Made by a program: the position numbers and the translations under genes. A DNA stretch of 64,000 nt. Source: Trichoplax sp. H2 (lineage: Eukaryota). The notes beneath the pieces were generated by a model. It did not search any database. It was not told where the DNA came from and saw only the letters and a list, made by a program, of their open reading frames with translations. The stretch covers positions 1 to 64,000 of the forward strand of contig NOWV01000191.1 of assembly GCA_003344405.1 (NCBI GenBank), given 5' to 3'. Positions 39,740 to 54,200 of this stretch are shown one piece after another (the stretch's first letter is position 1; each line of letters starts with the position of its first letter).

Positions 39740-40324
39740 TTATTGACTAGATGTATTATGGCCTTCCTTTAATATGTCCTCTAAATGTTTAATATAACGG
39801 ATAGCGGCACGTAGTGTTTCTACCTTTGATAATCGTTTTTGGTTGAATTTTCGTGGTAAATGATCTCTTAGTTTGGCATAGCCTTCATTGACGTGACGAA
39901 CACGAATTCGTTCCCGTTCATTTCTTTTATGAATAAACGAGGGTTCTGAATTAAAGTCTAGGCAAGGCGGAAAAGGGATAACATTCATCGACCGACTAGT
40001 AGATAATGAAGAATGGTGTTCGATATCTTGCTGATGAATTGTAGATGTCACTTGACTTGAACTAAAATTTATAGAATTAGCACTAGCACTAGCTGTTACA
40101 GTTATTGCTTGCGTGGGGGTATGATTATTTGTCGATTGATGAGAATGAGAATGTTGTTGAGAATAATTTGCTGTTGTTGCTTGAATTGGCAGGGATACCT
40201 TAGTCGTGTTATAATCGTTTCCATTAGGACTAGAACTTCTATTAGCACTATAATCACTAGTATGTTGCTGAAGGGAAGGCTGATGACGATCGAAGCTCAT
40301 TGCGAAAGAAGAAGTAATAGCCAT
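39740..40324 (-). CDS. ASCL3/4/5-like: Achaete-scute family bHLH transcription factor, group B (ASCL3/4/5-like), single coding exon, 194 aa
   Basis: EPSFIHKRNERERIRVRHVNEGYAKLRDHLP...KRLSKVETLRAAIRYIKHLEDIL. The EPxFIxKRNERER and VNEGY signatures are typical of ASC-b. Ser/Thr/His/Gln-rich N-terminus. An upstream acceptor TTTTTAG at 40403-40404 suggests a 5'UTR intron. Confidence 0.95.
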   Translation of the reverse strand: MAITSSFAMSFDRHQPSLQQHTSDYSANRSSSPNGNDYNTTKVSLPIQATTANYSQQHSHSHQSTNNHTPTQAITVTASASANSINFSSSQVTSTIHQQDIEHHSSLSTSRSMNVIPFPPCLDFNSEPSFIHKRNERERIRVRHVNEGYAKLRDHLPRKFNQKRLSKVETLRAAIRYIKHLEDILKEGHNTSSQ

Positions 40325-43300
40325 TCGATAGTATTGAAATGATTATGAATAGAAAAATTCTGGATTAGGGATAATAAATAGCGATTCGAAGACGAGATTC
40401 ACCTAAAAAGTCGAAATAGGTAATAACGCAATTGATTAACTATACGCTAAATACTAAATTCTAAACTATACATCACGTTCACTTTCTAGAATTTTAAGTA
40501 TCTATAAACAGAGAAGAATGCTCGTTTATTGTATGCTTCCGTAATATAATGGTAACATTTAACCAAAATAATCAATAGTAAGTTTTAAAATAATATCGCA
40601 CTATCTAAAGCATGTCATTTTGAGCTTATTTTTAGAATACTAAATTAAATATATGCTTAATATTGACCTAAAAGTATTTAAAATTAATAAATTTTTGAAT
40701 ATTTGGTGCCACTTTTCCACATAGAATAATTACTGCAATTACATTGGAGAGTAGAGTGTGTGCTGAGTCAAGTACGACGTATGAATGCGGATTTTTACGT
40801 CTATGTTACAGCTGTAACATTCTACTGGTGAACACTAATTTACCCATTTCTTTTTCTCTAATAACATAGAAAATGTTTCGGTCTCAACTCTCTTGAAATA
40901 ACAAATTACTAGATAAGTTGATTATCTCTTTATGAATTCATTTTATATCAGGTATCAGATATACCACAAATTAAATGTAAACTTTTTGAGTTATCAATCG
41001 CATTCATCGCCATAAGAGGAACCAAGAAATATTACGGAATACCATAATTTATTTTCAATACAGATTACTTATAAGTAGGGCGAATATTAACACTCGAATA
41101 ACGATATTCTTTTATGGCAACATTAAGTAGGGTAATATTCTTGATCGATACTGAAAGATATCTTACTAAGCCTGACATATAACTCTAAGCTTAAAATCGT
41201 TTCATTGTCAAAAAGCAGCAAGTTAATTAGTTATTGAATCACCGAATCACCCATGGAGAAAATGACGAGAAAAATTAGATCGATAAGACGCCTTATCTTT
41301 TCATGAGTCAAACTTTATATTATTATATTAAATGGCAACTAAAATATCAAATTATTTCAGCCCTATAACTTCAATTACAGAATTATGGTATAAAATTTTG
41401 AAGTTTTTGATAACAAAATTTAAAATATTTGCGAAATTCAAGATAAAATAACAAAGTAAATTTAATATAAATTATCATTGATTATAATATTGTCGAGAAT
41501 AAGGTCTTAATGCATTAAAAATTTAGATCTGTAATCTTACAAGGATTCATATTGGATTATATGATAACTAGGCTATTTGCATGATATATTTAAAATTCTA
41601 ACCGAGGATGAATTTATCACGTAATAAAGGTAATACATGTAGAACTGAAATAAAATTTTTCTTTTATAGTATTGTACCCTGACTATAATTGCTGATAAAT
41701 ATTGTCGATTTTGACTAGTCTTATTAAACTTTTCAACATGTGTGACTTACTTGATAGAGGTAGCTTTCCAAATAGGTGATAGAAAGCCAAGCTAACTAAT
41801 TGATAGCGATGAATCGATCAATGGAGATCCAAGAAATAAAAATTTTTGATTGCAGTTCACGTTGTCACCGGTATTTGAATCCTGGATGTAATATGTCTTT
41901 TTTAGCATAAAAGAATTAATCGGCTACGCTAATCAATTTTAAACAATTTACTAAGATACCGTGCCTGATAGATTACCAGTCAATATTGAATAGCTGGCAC
42001 GATAATTGTTTGACTACTGATTTAACGAATGCTTCTATTTTCAACCTGTATTTATATCCTGCCACCCGCCATACAAACCATCTCGAGTAATGATTTGGTA
42101 TACTCCTAGTGCGATAGCAACGCAAAACTATTATGGAACTGACCTACTTACCGAAGTTGAAAGGACTTGTATTAATTTAGGGTGGGGATTATGGAAGATG
42201 AAGGAATAAAATATCGTATGGTAGACGTCACTTTTGAAGCCAATAATATCGCACATCTTAAATCAATAATTAGAACAGAATGTCCATTAAATAAAATAAA
42301 AGAAAAGTTAAAACGTCTTCAATGATTTATGAATTAAAATGATCTATTCTACTCATTCTATTATTCAAGACAGCAATTCTACTCTATTGATCAGTAATAC
42401 ACAGGTGTATCTAGATCATTTTTTAAAATTATATACTACCAACCTTCCGTTGAAACAATACCAAGTTGAAAAATCTGATATTAAAAACCATGGATGATAA
42501 TGATTTTATATTAATATGTTTTACAATCTTAGCTAGAGTTAATCTTGAAAATATGGATAATCTTGACAATTTTATTTCAAAGTTTTTTCATTATCTACTT
42601 AAAAAATGAGTTGATATCCCAGCTTAATGTACCATAAATTGGATGAAATAAGCATTCTCATTTATTTAATATTAAAATAAATTGCAATTTACGTTTAGAA
42701 TTACAGAATAGAATAATGATTCAAAGTCATCTACAAGCAAATAATTCAAAATCATTATTTTTATTCTCCTCTTCCCTACAGTGCTATAGCTTTTATTGAT
42801 TTAAGCCGGTTGTATTTCTAAAATGAATGATGGACAGATAGATAAAATACAACGAATTAAGACAATTATCTTCCTTAAGCGGATATTACTAAGCTCAGCC
42901 AACTCATTGTGTTCAGATGTATTAACAAAAATGAAATGGCCCGTACGGTAGAAGATATAGAAAGTAATCAAGAACAGGTCAAATCTGTTACATCCGATGA
43001 ATTGGATATTAGCATAATAATAGCAAGATAGTTTTATAAAAGTAACAGTAGCTCTTGCAGCTTTCATCGACAGCTCTATTCTCATATTTAGTACTGTTAA
43101 AAGATATAGATGTCAATTTCATCACGTCTTACAGGTATAGCCACAATACTTGGTGCCGATATCTTTTAAGAATGTAAATACAGACTATATATGGCGTCTA
43201 ATCAGATATCCCATAGATACCCACATTAAACAAACGTAAACTTAATTTACTGTTATTTATGAATTAATTCAGATAATCATTAAATAATGATTAAATAGTA

Positions 43301-46300
43301 TTTAAAAATACTTTTTTATCTATCCTGTAACTCATATCTTATAAGCGCGCTTTTTGTTATCCACACACATCAACTACCGTCTATCTACCGTATAATGATA
43401 GCTTATTATCTTAGCACAACGCATTATCAATCGTAAAATATTTATCTGGCATCGCCAATAGAATTCTGTATCTGAATTTTCGACATATTTCGACTAATTA
43501 TGAATCTATCTTGTATTTTGTGGAGTGTAGTATTTTCTTTATCTTGTAAGATTGATGTACAGTAGTTTACCGTCGTGTTGCAGACGTATCCAACTGTGTG
43601 TAGACATAATTAGATGGACTTTGAAATGTAAACTCAATGTTGAATTAAACTTGGATCCAGTTACCATTTCATTGTAACAGAAATTGATTAAAGAAAAAAA
43701 ATTTAGTCTAATTATGCATTGATTACACGTCGACGGTTCGTTTACTAAATAAACATTAAAAAAACGTTGAATACTAGCCAAATGGATTTTATTGTTATCA
43801 CGGGTGTCCAAATTAGATAACAATAGTTCAAGTAACGGCATGACGAAATGATATCTAATAATGACATTGATAGTTCTTAATCTACTTTCACCTTGACTTA
43901 CATCGTTAAAAGTTGTTCATAAATCAATAAGAGCATCGACGAAAATTATTCATCTACTCCTTTGCATTTGCTAAGAACCCTGACTAATTTACTGACAATT
44001 ACTAGAATCTTACAACTAATAAGCTTACATATTGAAACGTACTCATTATTAACAGATGTGACTTATTATCGACGATAATAATTTATTTCTAAGCTTTGAA
44101 AAGGAGCTAGACGAATCTGGTAGATCCTACTCTTGGGACACATTCAATCGCAAGATTATCTGCACCTTATACAACTAGTTTAAATTTTCAGCTAATTATT
44201 TTAAGTTAATTACGTAGGAAACGAAATGACTTAAAATAATATGCCCAATCACTCAAGAAACGGCATGCTTTAATAAACAAGTGCCAGTAAACTAATTTCT
44301 ATTCATGGACTCTGTACTATATAAAGTCGATATCCAGGTCCTGTCCAAAGTTAAACAGATATTATAATTTAATAACTTATAATCTACTTTGTTAGCGCAC
44401 CATTACGATTTATCAGCACTAATCCTAAAAGATACTTTTATCGATAGAAAATTCTTTTGTCATCGAGTGCACCTTGTCCTGTTTTAATTTTAATATTCCT
44501 TTTGATCCTCGTAAATTTCTAATTCTATTCGCGAAAATGCCAATTGAAGTAGAAAAGAATTAAATTTTAGCTTGATTAATATACAATAAAATAAGAAATT
44601 GAAGATGAATGTACCATGATCAAATTTACTTACAATTGACGTCAATAAATAATTCAATATTTGATGTACGAACTTTGCCATTTTTATCGCCATTGAATAA
44701 CTATAATGACGATTTTGTTGACACAGCTTACACATCTTGCTAAAGTATAATAGTATCCACCTTTAATAAGTTAAATTAAATTTTTCTATTGTCTTGAATA
44801 CATTGGCGTGGACAAGAAGTTTACTTTAGTTAAAACTGATGATCAGGCAGACGGAACTTATATATCGCAACGTAGAAAATTAACTTCGTAGTGAATTACA
44901 TTAGATAGCTTGTATATTTTAAAAACTATATTAGTGACACACAACAGCCAAAAAATCTATATTGTAGAGAATTATGTTCGATTATTCTTACGTTGATGCT
45001 AGTAGGAACGTTACTATTCGATAAATGTGGTATGCAAGTTATAATTTTGAAGCATCATAATATCCTCGACTAGCAATTCCTTTAAATTATATTATTACAG
45101 GTAGCCACAAGGCACAGTTTAGTGGTATACGTTAACCTGATAAACTGTACCGGTAATAATATAACTACGTATTTTTTTCATAAAACATCGGCATGTCACA
45201 TTTGAACAAGCCACAATAGTGCCCGTGTACGCGCACTTATCTACAAGAAATAATTGAAAATTAATCATAACATCTATATAGTTTAACCTATATGGGAGGC
45301 ATTCAGATTAAAAACTATCACCGGATTAAAAACTTCTATTTAATCTTTATGCTACAGAATGGATACAGTAAGTCCAATATTTGATTGTTTTGAGAAATCT
45401 TTTTTCATTTCTACCAAGAGATATTTGGGAACTGAATTTTTTGCATCCGCTTATTCGTATATGATTTCCTTCAAATGATTGAATGATACTGAAGGCAATC
45501 AGTAACTGAGAAGTAACAATGAAAACTTATCAGACGACTACAGATAAAAGTAATTTAATTAACCTATTAATGTCTCCTCGCCCATAAGTTCCTTTTATAA
45601 TTAACATGATGGTAATCATGGTAAGTTAAATCAACGACGCAATCTGTGTCCATACATATACAAATTATTCAGGTTGACTTATTTGAAAAAAGTCTATTCT
45701 ACATTGTCATGTAAATTACCTGATACAAATCGATCCTCGTCTACTTTGATAGTCAGCGTTACTACAGTTGATTTTAAAAATTTTATCCTTGGTGATGTAT
45801 TAATTGTCTGTTTTAACTACTAATAACATTGATTTAGTATACTTTGACTAACGACAATTATGCATACTGATGATCGTGGCCATGCTTGAATTAAGATAAA
45901 TGTATTCCAATAATGATTACTTAATCTTGTAGAGCCATGTTGAACTTTAAGACTGATATCAATATCGAATTGAACACATTTAAATTAAAATAATTTCGAG
46001 TATATCGCATGTATTACATCATGTCATCGCAGAATCGGTTTCAGTGGTAATTTCTACATCTGGAATGCGGAATCTCATCGTTTGACGTCAATTTTTGAGC
46101 AAATAGAACATTTGTAGTCATACAAGATACTCCTTCTAAAATTATGGTAATTTTTGTAACAGAATTACTTAGAGTGCGGTATATTAAACCTAAATCTTTT
46201 ATAATCTCATGTACAACATATACATTGCAACTTAAATTATACTAGCATAATCTAATCTATTATTCAGTAATTCCTGTGTCAACTAATATTAAATGCCGCT

Positions 46301-48146
46301 ACTTAATCTAATCATGCATGTTTCAGAGTGAGTTCATTATTTTATCAATAAAATTACCTAAGCGACCTTTAAGAGAATTTATTTGCAAAAAGAATGGCCG
46401 TGATCATCGCATTGCTATTATTAGCTCAGTCTCACTGCAATAATTATCTTAATCTTATTATGGTAATACCAAATACGAAAGTAGAACTACATGTCTAATT
46501 TTATGTGAAACTAGCATTTATAGTCAAGTACTTAGATATTCATCTGTGCAATCCGATTATTGGTGATCTCACATTAAACAATACTTAAAAATTCGTGGTT
46601 TAAATAGATAAACGGCACAATTTGATCATGATAGCTTTAATTCACTCAGAATGTCCAGTTGTATCAGTTTAGTTACAAGGGAGTCCATCGAATTTCCTCC
46701 ATTCATGATCGAATATTCGTATACTGTAGATCAATCAGCAAAGGAAAACTAATACATTATCAGGATTTCCAATAATATCTTTTTAAACATTTGCTTGCGT
46801 TAAAGACAGAAACAAATTACTCGGAATTCACCGTCATTGACAATGCATATAGAGAATATAGTCAGCTTTAAAATCTATAGACGATGCTATAATTTTGATA
46901 TTTCTGCTTTATTTAAATCCATGCTCCAGTAATACTACATATTATTGTTAATACATTTATGAAAGAAACACTATCGCCGTTTCATTCAAACCATTTGCAG
47001 AAGCACTGTCGGTATATAAAGAGGAATTCAATTCTAAAACTTCAAGTATAAATTGTCCGTAATGCTACAGAATTACTTACGCAAACAAAAGAATTAGTTT
47101 TCCTAAGATAAATATCGGAGGTCATTGTCATACGCCTTCCTTCGTTATAATAAGCTTTAAAATTTTGGAGTTCCCCTTATTTCCAATCTGGACAACAATA
47201 CTGTTAGCTTGCTAATTAATTTCTATTTAAAATCCTAATTTGAGGCTGTGCAAGTGTAGAATCCGATTACTAGCAATAAGCCTCAAGAGTAGAATAGTAC
47301 AACAGCTATTCCTACCCGAGGTATGATAATTGAGGAACCAATATCGATCAAGAGTACTGCTATTAAATGGATATTACATCGTGCTATTTATAACTTTGTA
47401 TCACTCCTGTTATGATTTGAATTTATTCTTTCTATTAACACTAAATAATTGTATCGTTTCATCAATACTGTTAAATAGTGGAAGGAAGAATTTAATTTAA
47501 TGTGTAACCAGAATATCACTCAATCACTTTGTATACGTATAAGAAATGAATTACTATCGTCGTAGATCTTTAACATTATTGTACTATTATCAGAAGGTTC
47601 GTATATTATTCTAATTTCACAAATTACTTAGATGTCATCGTTTACACACGATACCCTTCATCATAATTTTCACTTTCAATTTATAAATAGAGATCAGATA
47701 ATTTTGTAAATACCTATGTGCCTGCAGCTAGATCACAAAATAAATTTGAATAGTTCATCTTCTTTCTATACAAAATGTAAAGAATCAATAAATGATCTTA
47801 AAAATATCAATCCTCAAACTTAATCTATCAACTTAAAATATCATATATTAATTTAGATTACATTATTATCAAGGCATGTTGCATTTCAAATCCGATAATC
47901 AAAATTTATTTTAGAACAAAGAAATTGACCTTAACCTTAGCGTAAACTCTAATAAGTAAAATCATGGATATTACAGTAACTAAAGTCAGTAATCGTTAAA
48001 TTATTACTTCATACAGTGCAGGCATATCGACTATTCGTTTGCCCATTCTATCTCCATTTTATTCATTTAGGGCCTTTGGGCTAAACCTAAGCTACCAGCC
48101 TCTTTCGTCCGTCCTAAATCTGTCCGCACTGCCCGTTAGCAGAGAT

Positions 48147-48220
48147 TGACGTCATCAGTCGAATGCGACGTCATTAATGGCGTCATAAAAAAATCAGGAT
48201 TGCATCTACGACTGCGCAGT
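48147..48220. promoter_or_regulatory. CpG-rich motif cluster: CRE and CRE-like sites plus palindrome ACTGCGCAGT
   Basis: TGACGTCA 48147-48154, GACGTCA 48167-48173, GGCGTCA 48179-48185, ACTGCGCAGT 48211-48220, within a locally GC-rich patch. Confidence 0.4.
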
Positions 48221-51200
48221 AAGCAAAACAGGTGTGCTGATTCCCACTATTGTTGACAATCCTCTTGCAGAAGTTAAAGGAGAACTTGAGCTAAAGCGTT
48301 AACTACTAAAAATTTTTAGCAGTCCTTGGCTGAGGGGCAAGAAGATTTCCATACACGGATAGCAAAATTGCAACACCTTCCCGGAAAATCAGCTCTTATA
48401 CCGTGTAATCATTTCTTTCTCCATGCATCTATATAGGAAACTGTGGTATGGCATGGGAACGAAGCTTGTGTTATTTTTATAACATCGATATGCTAATAGT
48501 ATTTGCAATGAATATAGCATTGGCTAATGGAATATATTAAAAAAATCTACCCACCATAGACATACAATTTCTGCCCTTGCAATAGTTTCTATTACCTAGT
48601 ATCTTATTAAAATCGCATATACTGTAGGCAATAACTTATACGAGAGGTATATGGCTGCAAGCAATTCTTATAAAATGCAATATACTATTTAGCTATAGAC
48701 TTCTGTATGCTCATAAAGCACATCAGGAAGGTAAAATTTCATTTCTTGTGCAACTAAATCCATTCATGATGAGTTTACTAAATTGACTGCTATGCACGAT
48801 TATTAAGGGAGCTCTTACCAAGTTTCACATTGTTGTAGTATTAAACTGTATGTAGCTAACAGCAGTGTTTGATCATGCTTGTTCATATCTAAATTAAATA
48901 TTTCAATGATTTCGTCGTATACAAAAGATTTGCTTAAAAACGTCATCAAAACATTGTCCAAATAATATCGAAAGCTATAATCAAATTTCTAACCTAAACT
49001 TTAATTTTAATTCGCATCTCAAAGTATGCGTGTACATGCGGTACTGTATAAAGCACCACAATAAAAACATCACAAATTCGTATTAAATAAGTTCCTTTAC
49101 TTAGCTATATAACATATTAATTCCTGAAAGAATTGATTTTCATGAAATGAACATATCTTTTGAATAAGCTGATATGGAAAACAAAGATTTAATAATCTTC
49201 GCTGTAGGATATACCAATTTAAAACTAAAATCAGGTTCATTAAGCTACAAAAATTACTTCCAATACTAGCCAATAGTCATATTATCACAGAGATAACATA
49301 CAAGTTTTCCACACTTCATTTACAAAAATAATCAATAAAAGCAAAATGTTTGTTGTTGACGCCGCACAATCACGGAATAATGCTTGCTGAAATTCGTGTT
49401 TATTTGTGCCACTCTGTGTGATGTTAGCAGCAACCCATAGTTCAGGATGATAGGTTCATTATATTACAACAATCTTAAATGATCGAGGATACTATTACGG
49501 TTCAATTTTAGGGGATTTTGAGCTTCTATTCCGATAGCTGGCATTTCTAACATTCAGAAAATCTATATAAATGAAGATTATGTAAGTAGTAGCTCATATC
49601 ATAGCTTATGAGAATTTCTGCTAATATAGTTTAAAGTGCAATTTTTCGAAATATAACAAGCACATTATGTATCCATAGGAATTATTCAATCAATTGCTAC
49701 AGACATTGATCGTAGATATAATTTATATGCATAATTAATTCAAGCACACTAAGATCTTGCAGATTTAGTTATACTAATACACTATAATGAGTAAAAAAAT
49801 TAGGATGTTAATTAATAAACTTGTAAAAATATTGTATTATATTTATATGTATAAATTCTCAGTGATCACATAAATTCTTGCCCATGTGTACTACATAAAA
49901 CTGTAAACTTTGAAATAATCGACATTACGAAATATTAGATGGGACTATTACTCATATCGCCTCATGATAGTCTAAAATACAAGATATTAAAATTTCACTC
50001 TAATACAATATATAAATAAGCATTGTATTATATCCATTATAAATTCGAGAATATTTTAAGATATTACTTTAAGGCTCATTTTCTGTAGTTTAATAACAGT
50101 ATATAGTTCTCTTAATAATTCTCTCAATGTCAAATTGTTATAACCGTTTAATAGTCTATTGTTATTACTGATCAATCCTCAAATTCTGCTTCAATATGAT
50201 TCTTTCTGTTGTATTTTAAATCTGGTAGATAAGGCCTTCATAGTAGAGTTTCGTTTAATGTTTACGAAACGTTAGTTGTTTCACCGATCCGTTCTTGTTT
50301 CAATTCAATAATGGATTCTTTTTCTCTGATGTGCGATTATTCAATATTGATCTCATATTAGTGCTGTTAATTATTGAATCCCAAAGATTAAATGCTATTT
50401 CGTTCTAAAATTTCAAATCTAGCTGCTGTAATACTTGCTTAATCTCACACAATATTCACCAAGCCTGATTAGAAAATTCTCAATCATCAAGATATTGTAT
50501 TCAAAATTAATGGGTGTGCCACGTTGCATACCTTATTCCTTCCATTGTTATCGTAAGTACAAATAGCGGAGAATTTCAAAAATTTTATTGTTATTTAGAA
50601 ACTTTACAAATTATTAATTTTTCCCTTTTTTACAACTCAAATTCTCTAAACGCGAGCTTTACCTTACGCTAGGAATGTTATTAAAAGGCCGCATTACATT
50701 ATTTTGGTTGTTTCGCCAGTTACATTTACGATATATAAACTATACACAATCCGTTATATTTATTCCTTACCGATTGAGATTTGTAATACACAATCTTTGA
50801 TATTTACAAATGATTTACTACGCATTGTTGACCTCTGGAAAAAATCATGATTTATTAACTACGATTAATACACTGTATTATACTTTAGTTTAAATAAATA
50901 TATGAACTATACAAGTGATAAACCAATCACGAAATTCTAAGATTTGTAGAAAATTATAATTTTATTAGATCTAGATACAAAAACGTACTACGAACAGTTC
51001 TACTCTAACCGGATAATACTATTGGAAAGACTATTAGAAAGTACTGCTGAATTTCTAAAATTCACTGCTTATATACTTTTTATTACTTCTGCACCTATAA
51101 TCAGCATAGCTGCATCCTAACTTATTCTTACAATTATTTAGGCTATATTTACATAATTAGCAAGATACGAATATACTACGGCGGATCATTTGCAATGTAT

Positions 51201-54200
51201 TATGGTAACAGCCTTAGTATTTGTGCAGCTATGTTTTCCAACTAGCCACAATACGATGAGTCATCCATACCATGGCGTTAGCGATTAAGCAACGGACTGT
51301 TGAGCTAGTAATATATGACCGTTACGCATCTATTTCTGATTCTACCGTCAACAAAGACTCAATACCTTGTTGTATATGGTCATCTGTACTCTAACATAGA
51401 ATCTTCATTTGCTGTCTATGGTTATGAGTTTATAACTTGAGTATAGCCTATAATAAACATAGTTAGCCACACTATCGTAATTTGTACTAAATATGGCTAA
51501 TAATCTGCAATCTAACACTGAATTTCGTTACAACAAGTAAACTGTATTTACGCAAATTTTCAATTTAGTCTTTATTTGATCAAATTCGATATTGGAAATT
51601 GATACACATTTTGCAGTAGATATGTCCGCTGAGGCATGCAATGTTGCTCTATACTGATATTCAGTCAAACTGTTCAAATGTTAAGATTGTTAGTTCGATG
51701 CAAATTATTACATTACTACTGAATTTTGCATTATTTAAATGCCTATAAACCGTACTATTCCCGTCTGCAAAGGGACAGTATGCTAAGCTAGAAAAATTAA
51801 ACTGTTCATCAACATTTAACAAATCAATAACTCCTCAGACATTTATACTGACACGTAATATATTTATATAAAAATATGCTATAACTTCACGTAAACACAT
51901 GGAAAAAATAATAGCAGCAATTTTAGGCTTACTATACTTATGTACTATCATAACAGAAAATTAACCCATGAATTAATGTATTGAATATTAATCTTGTTAA
52001 ATATATATCAAAATAATATCTATGACATTAATAATAACGAATCATATTATGAACAACTCAACGTTAACCTTGTAAGATCTCTTTACTTCACTTATATTTA
52101 ATCAATTTGCCAGAATTAGCAAAACACTATCTTATGTCATAACAAGAATGGCCTATATAGATATAGCCTTCAAGTTCAAAAGGTTTATTAAACCACTATG
52201 CAAATCACGTTCTGGGAAATCCGTCGTAAATCACTTCTCCTCCATCGTAAGAACAGTCGAAAGTGGATAAGATAAACTGGATAATCAATCATACATAGCC
52301 AATTTTCAATCAATCACAATTCCATATGTGATGGAGGGTTCGATATCTCAGAGGATTGAGATTTAGTCGCCATTTACAATTATTACAACAAAGGGTTTAT
52401 GAAAGTTATGCTTTATTGTAGGTTAGTAATGTGAAGTACAGTGAGGTAGTTACGGTAGATTAGCGTGCAAGCTGTCGTGAGTAACGAGTAGAAGTATTAG
52501 ACTGTGAGAGACTAACTAGAAGACTAACTGAGAGGCTAATGATCTCTGAGGTAGAAATCGCCGGTATTTATAGTTTTAAAGATAGAGCACTTGCAGAGAA
52601 TAGGATTGTGGAATTAGATACAACATATACCATAACAGGTTATAAAATAGCAGATGATTGTAGAAAACAGCGAGTATCGTAATAACTAAATGCAGTAATC
52701 TATATATGAATGTAGAGTAAGAGGACTGTAGATCTGTCTAAATATAAGAGCAATACAACATGTCTATATTTAAGAGTAGAATATAGTTACAGTATATTCT
52801 AAATACACTACAGTTTGAATGCATAGTTGTTTCTTGAATACTATTTAAATTGTCCCTTCATCAATTACAGTATACGAGAACAGTATATCGTATTTGAATA
52901 TAAAATCTGCTATAGTTTTAGATTTTTTCTGTTTTGAATCACTTCTCGATGAAGCTACCACGTCATCTTCTTAAAATTACTACAACTTTAATCCAAACAA
53001 TTGAGATCGATAAACGAAATTTTATGATTATTAATTAAAGTGATCATTTTAGTAAATAGTTGCATTGTACTGAAATTATTATTCAGCGATGTATTATACA
53101 GATGATAGCAATTTGCCGTTAAAATATGAAAGAATTTAATTTAAACTTTCTTTTGTCCTAATTTAAGAAACTAATAGCAGAGCAATTAAGTAACAGAATT
53201 TGTTGATAGACTCACAAATGCAAGCATTCTAGAGAAAAAATTAATATTGCGGTGACAATTAACTACCAATTTATAAGTTCCTTCAATGTTGATGTTTACA
53301 GCTGTAAAAGATGGATGTTATGCTATTTATTCATTCCCAAGCTATGAGACTATACAGTACTATCTAAAAGTAGATTGAGACAATACTAATTGAAGTATTT
53401 ACTATAAGTCTACACAATCAAAGTAGTCATGTATTTAAGTTATTGATAATTACATAAATGACAGATAGTTGTTTCTATTTCACATTGGTATATTTTAGTT
53501 CAAATTTTTATGCGGTCTAAGTGTTCGTAATAATAGGGTAGAGGGTCGCAATTGCTTCTAGTTTGCAAGCTGCATGCAATTAATTCTAATGGATGTTAAT
53601 TAAGATAAAAAGAAATATTATAATTAGGTGATTATAATCCAAATAATAAAGTTAATTCTTTATCTGAACTGTAGCTAGTCATCGAAACACATTATCAACT
53701 AGGCATGTTGTACTGGCTTTTATTTCTATTTTCTGTTTCATTTTTATCGTAATTACTGAGCAAGCAATTGTATATTTATAATTATTTCCATGGATTCTTG
53801 AGATTAATAAATTTATGACCAATTAATGTAATGATTCTAAATGCGTTATCAACTGCTTTGCCTGTTGTATAGATTGATAGAAATGTTGCCATGGTTGTGT
53901 ATAGTGATATCACTAAGGTAAACAAACAGGAATTATTACTATATTAAAGATCAAAATTCATTATATTAAAAGCGTGGATTATGTTCAGTTTAGTTCAAAC
54001 AATAGATAAATTAAGTGGCAAAGTGCTAACATGGACGGACAATTGAATCCCGAATTCTATTTTTAATAGTATTTGACGTCTTTTACGGTATTAGTTGTTT
54101 TAAGAAATTGTATTGGAAACAGGTCAAATCACAACTTTTCATTCAAAAGTAGAATTTAAAATAATGAAAGTTGCCAAGGATAGAAAATTATAAGAAATTG

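Noticed and set aside
40109-40342. Plus-strand ORF with CCCC run
   Set aside because: Antisense to the low-complexity N-terminus of the bHLH CDS.
42800-50350. Several coding-looking stretches (about 42820-43030, 46600-47400, 50170-50340)
   Set aside because: Stops in all frames, no consistent splice chain and no recognisable family.
51270-51430. Fragment ...VIYDRYASI...IFICCLW resembling GPCR TM3-TM4
   Set aside because: Short, interrupted by a stop, and without other transmembrane motifs; not distinguishable from chance by eye.
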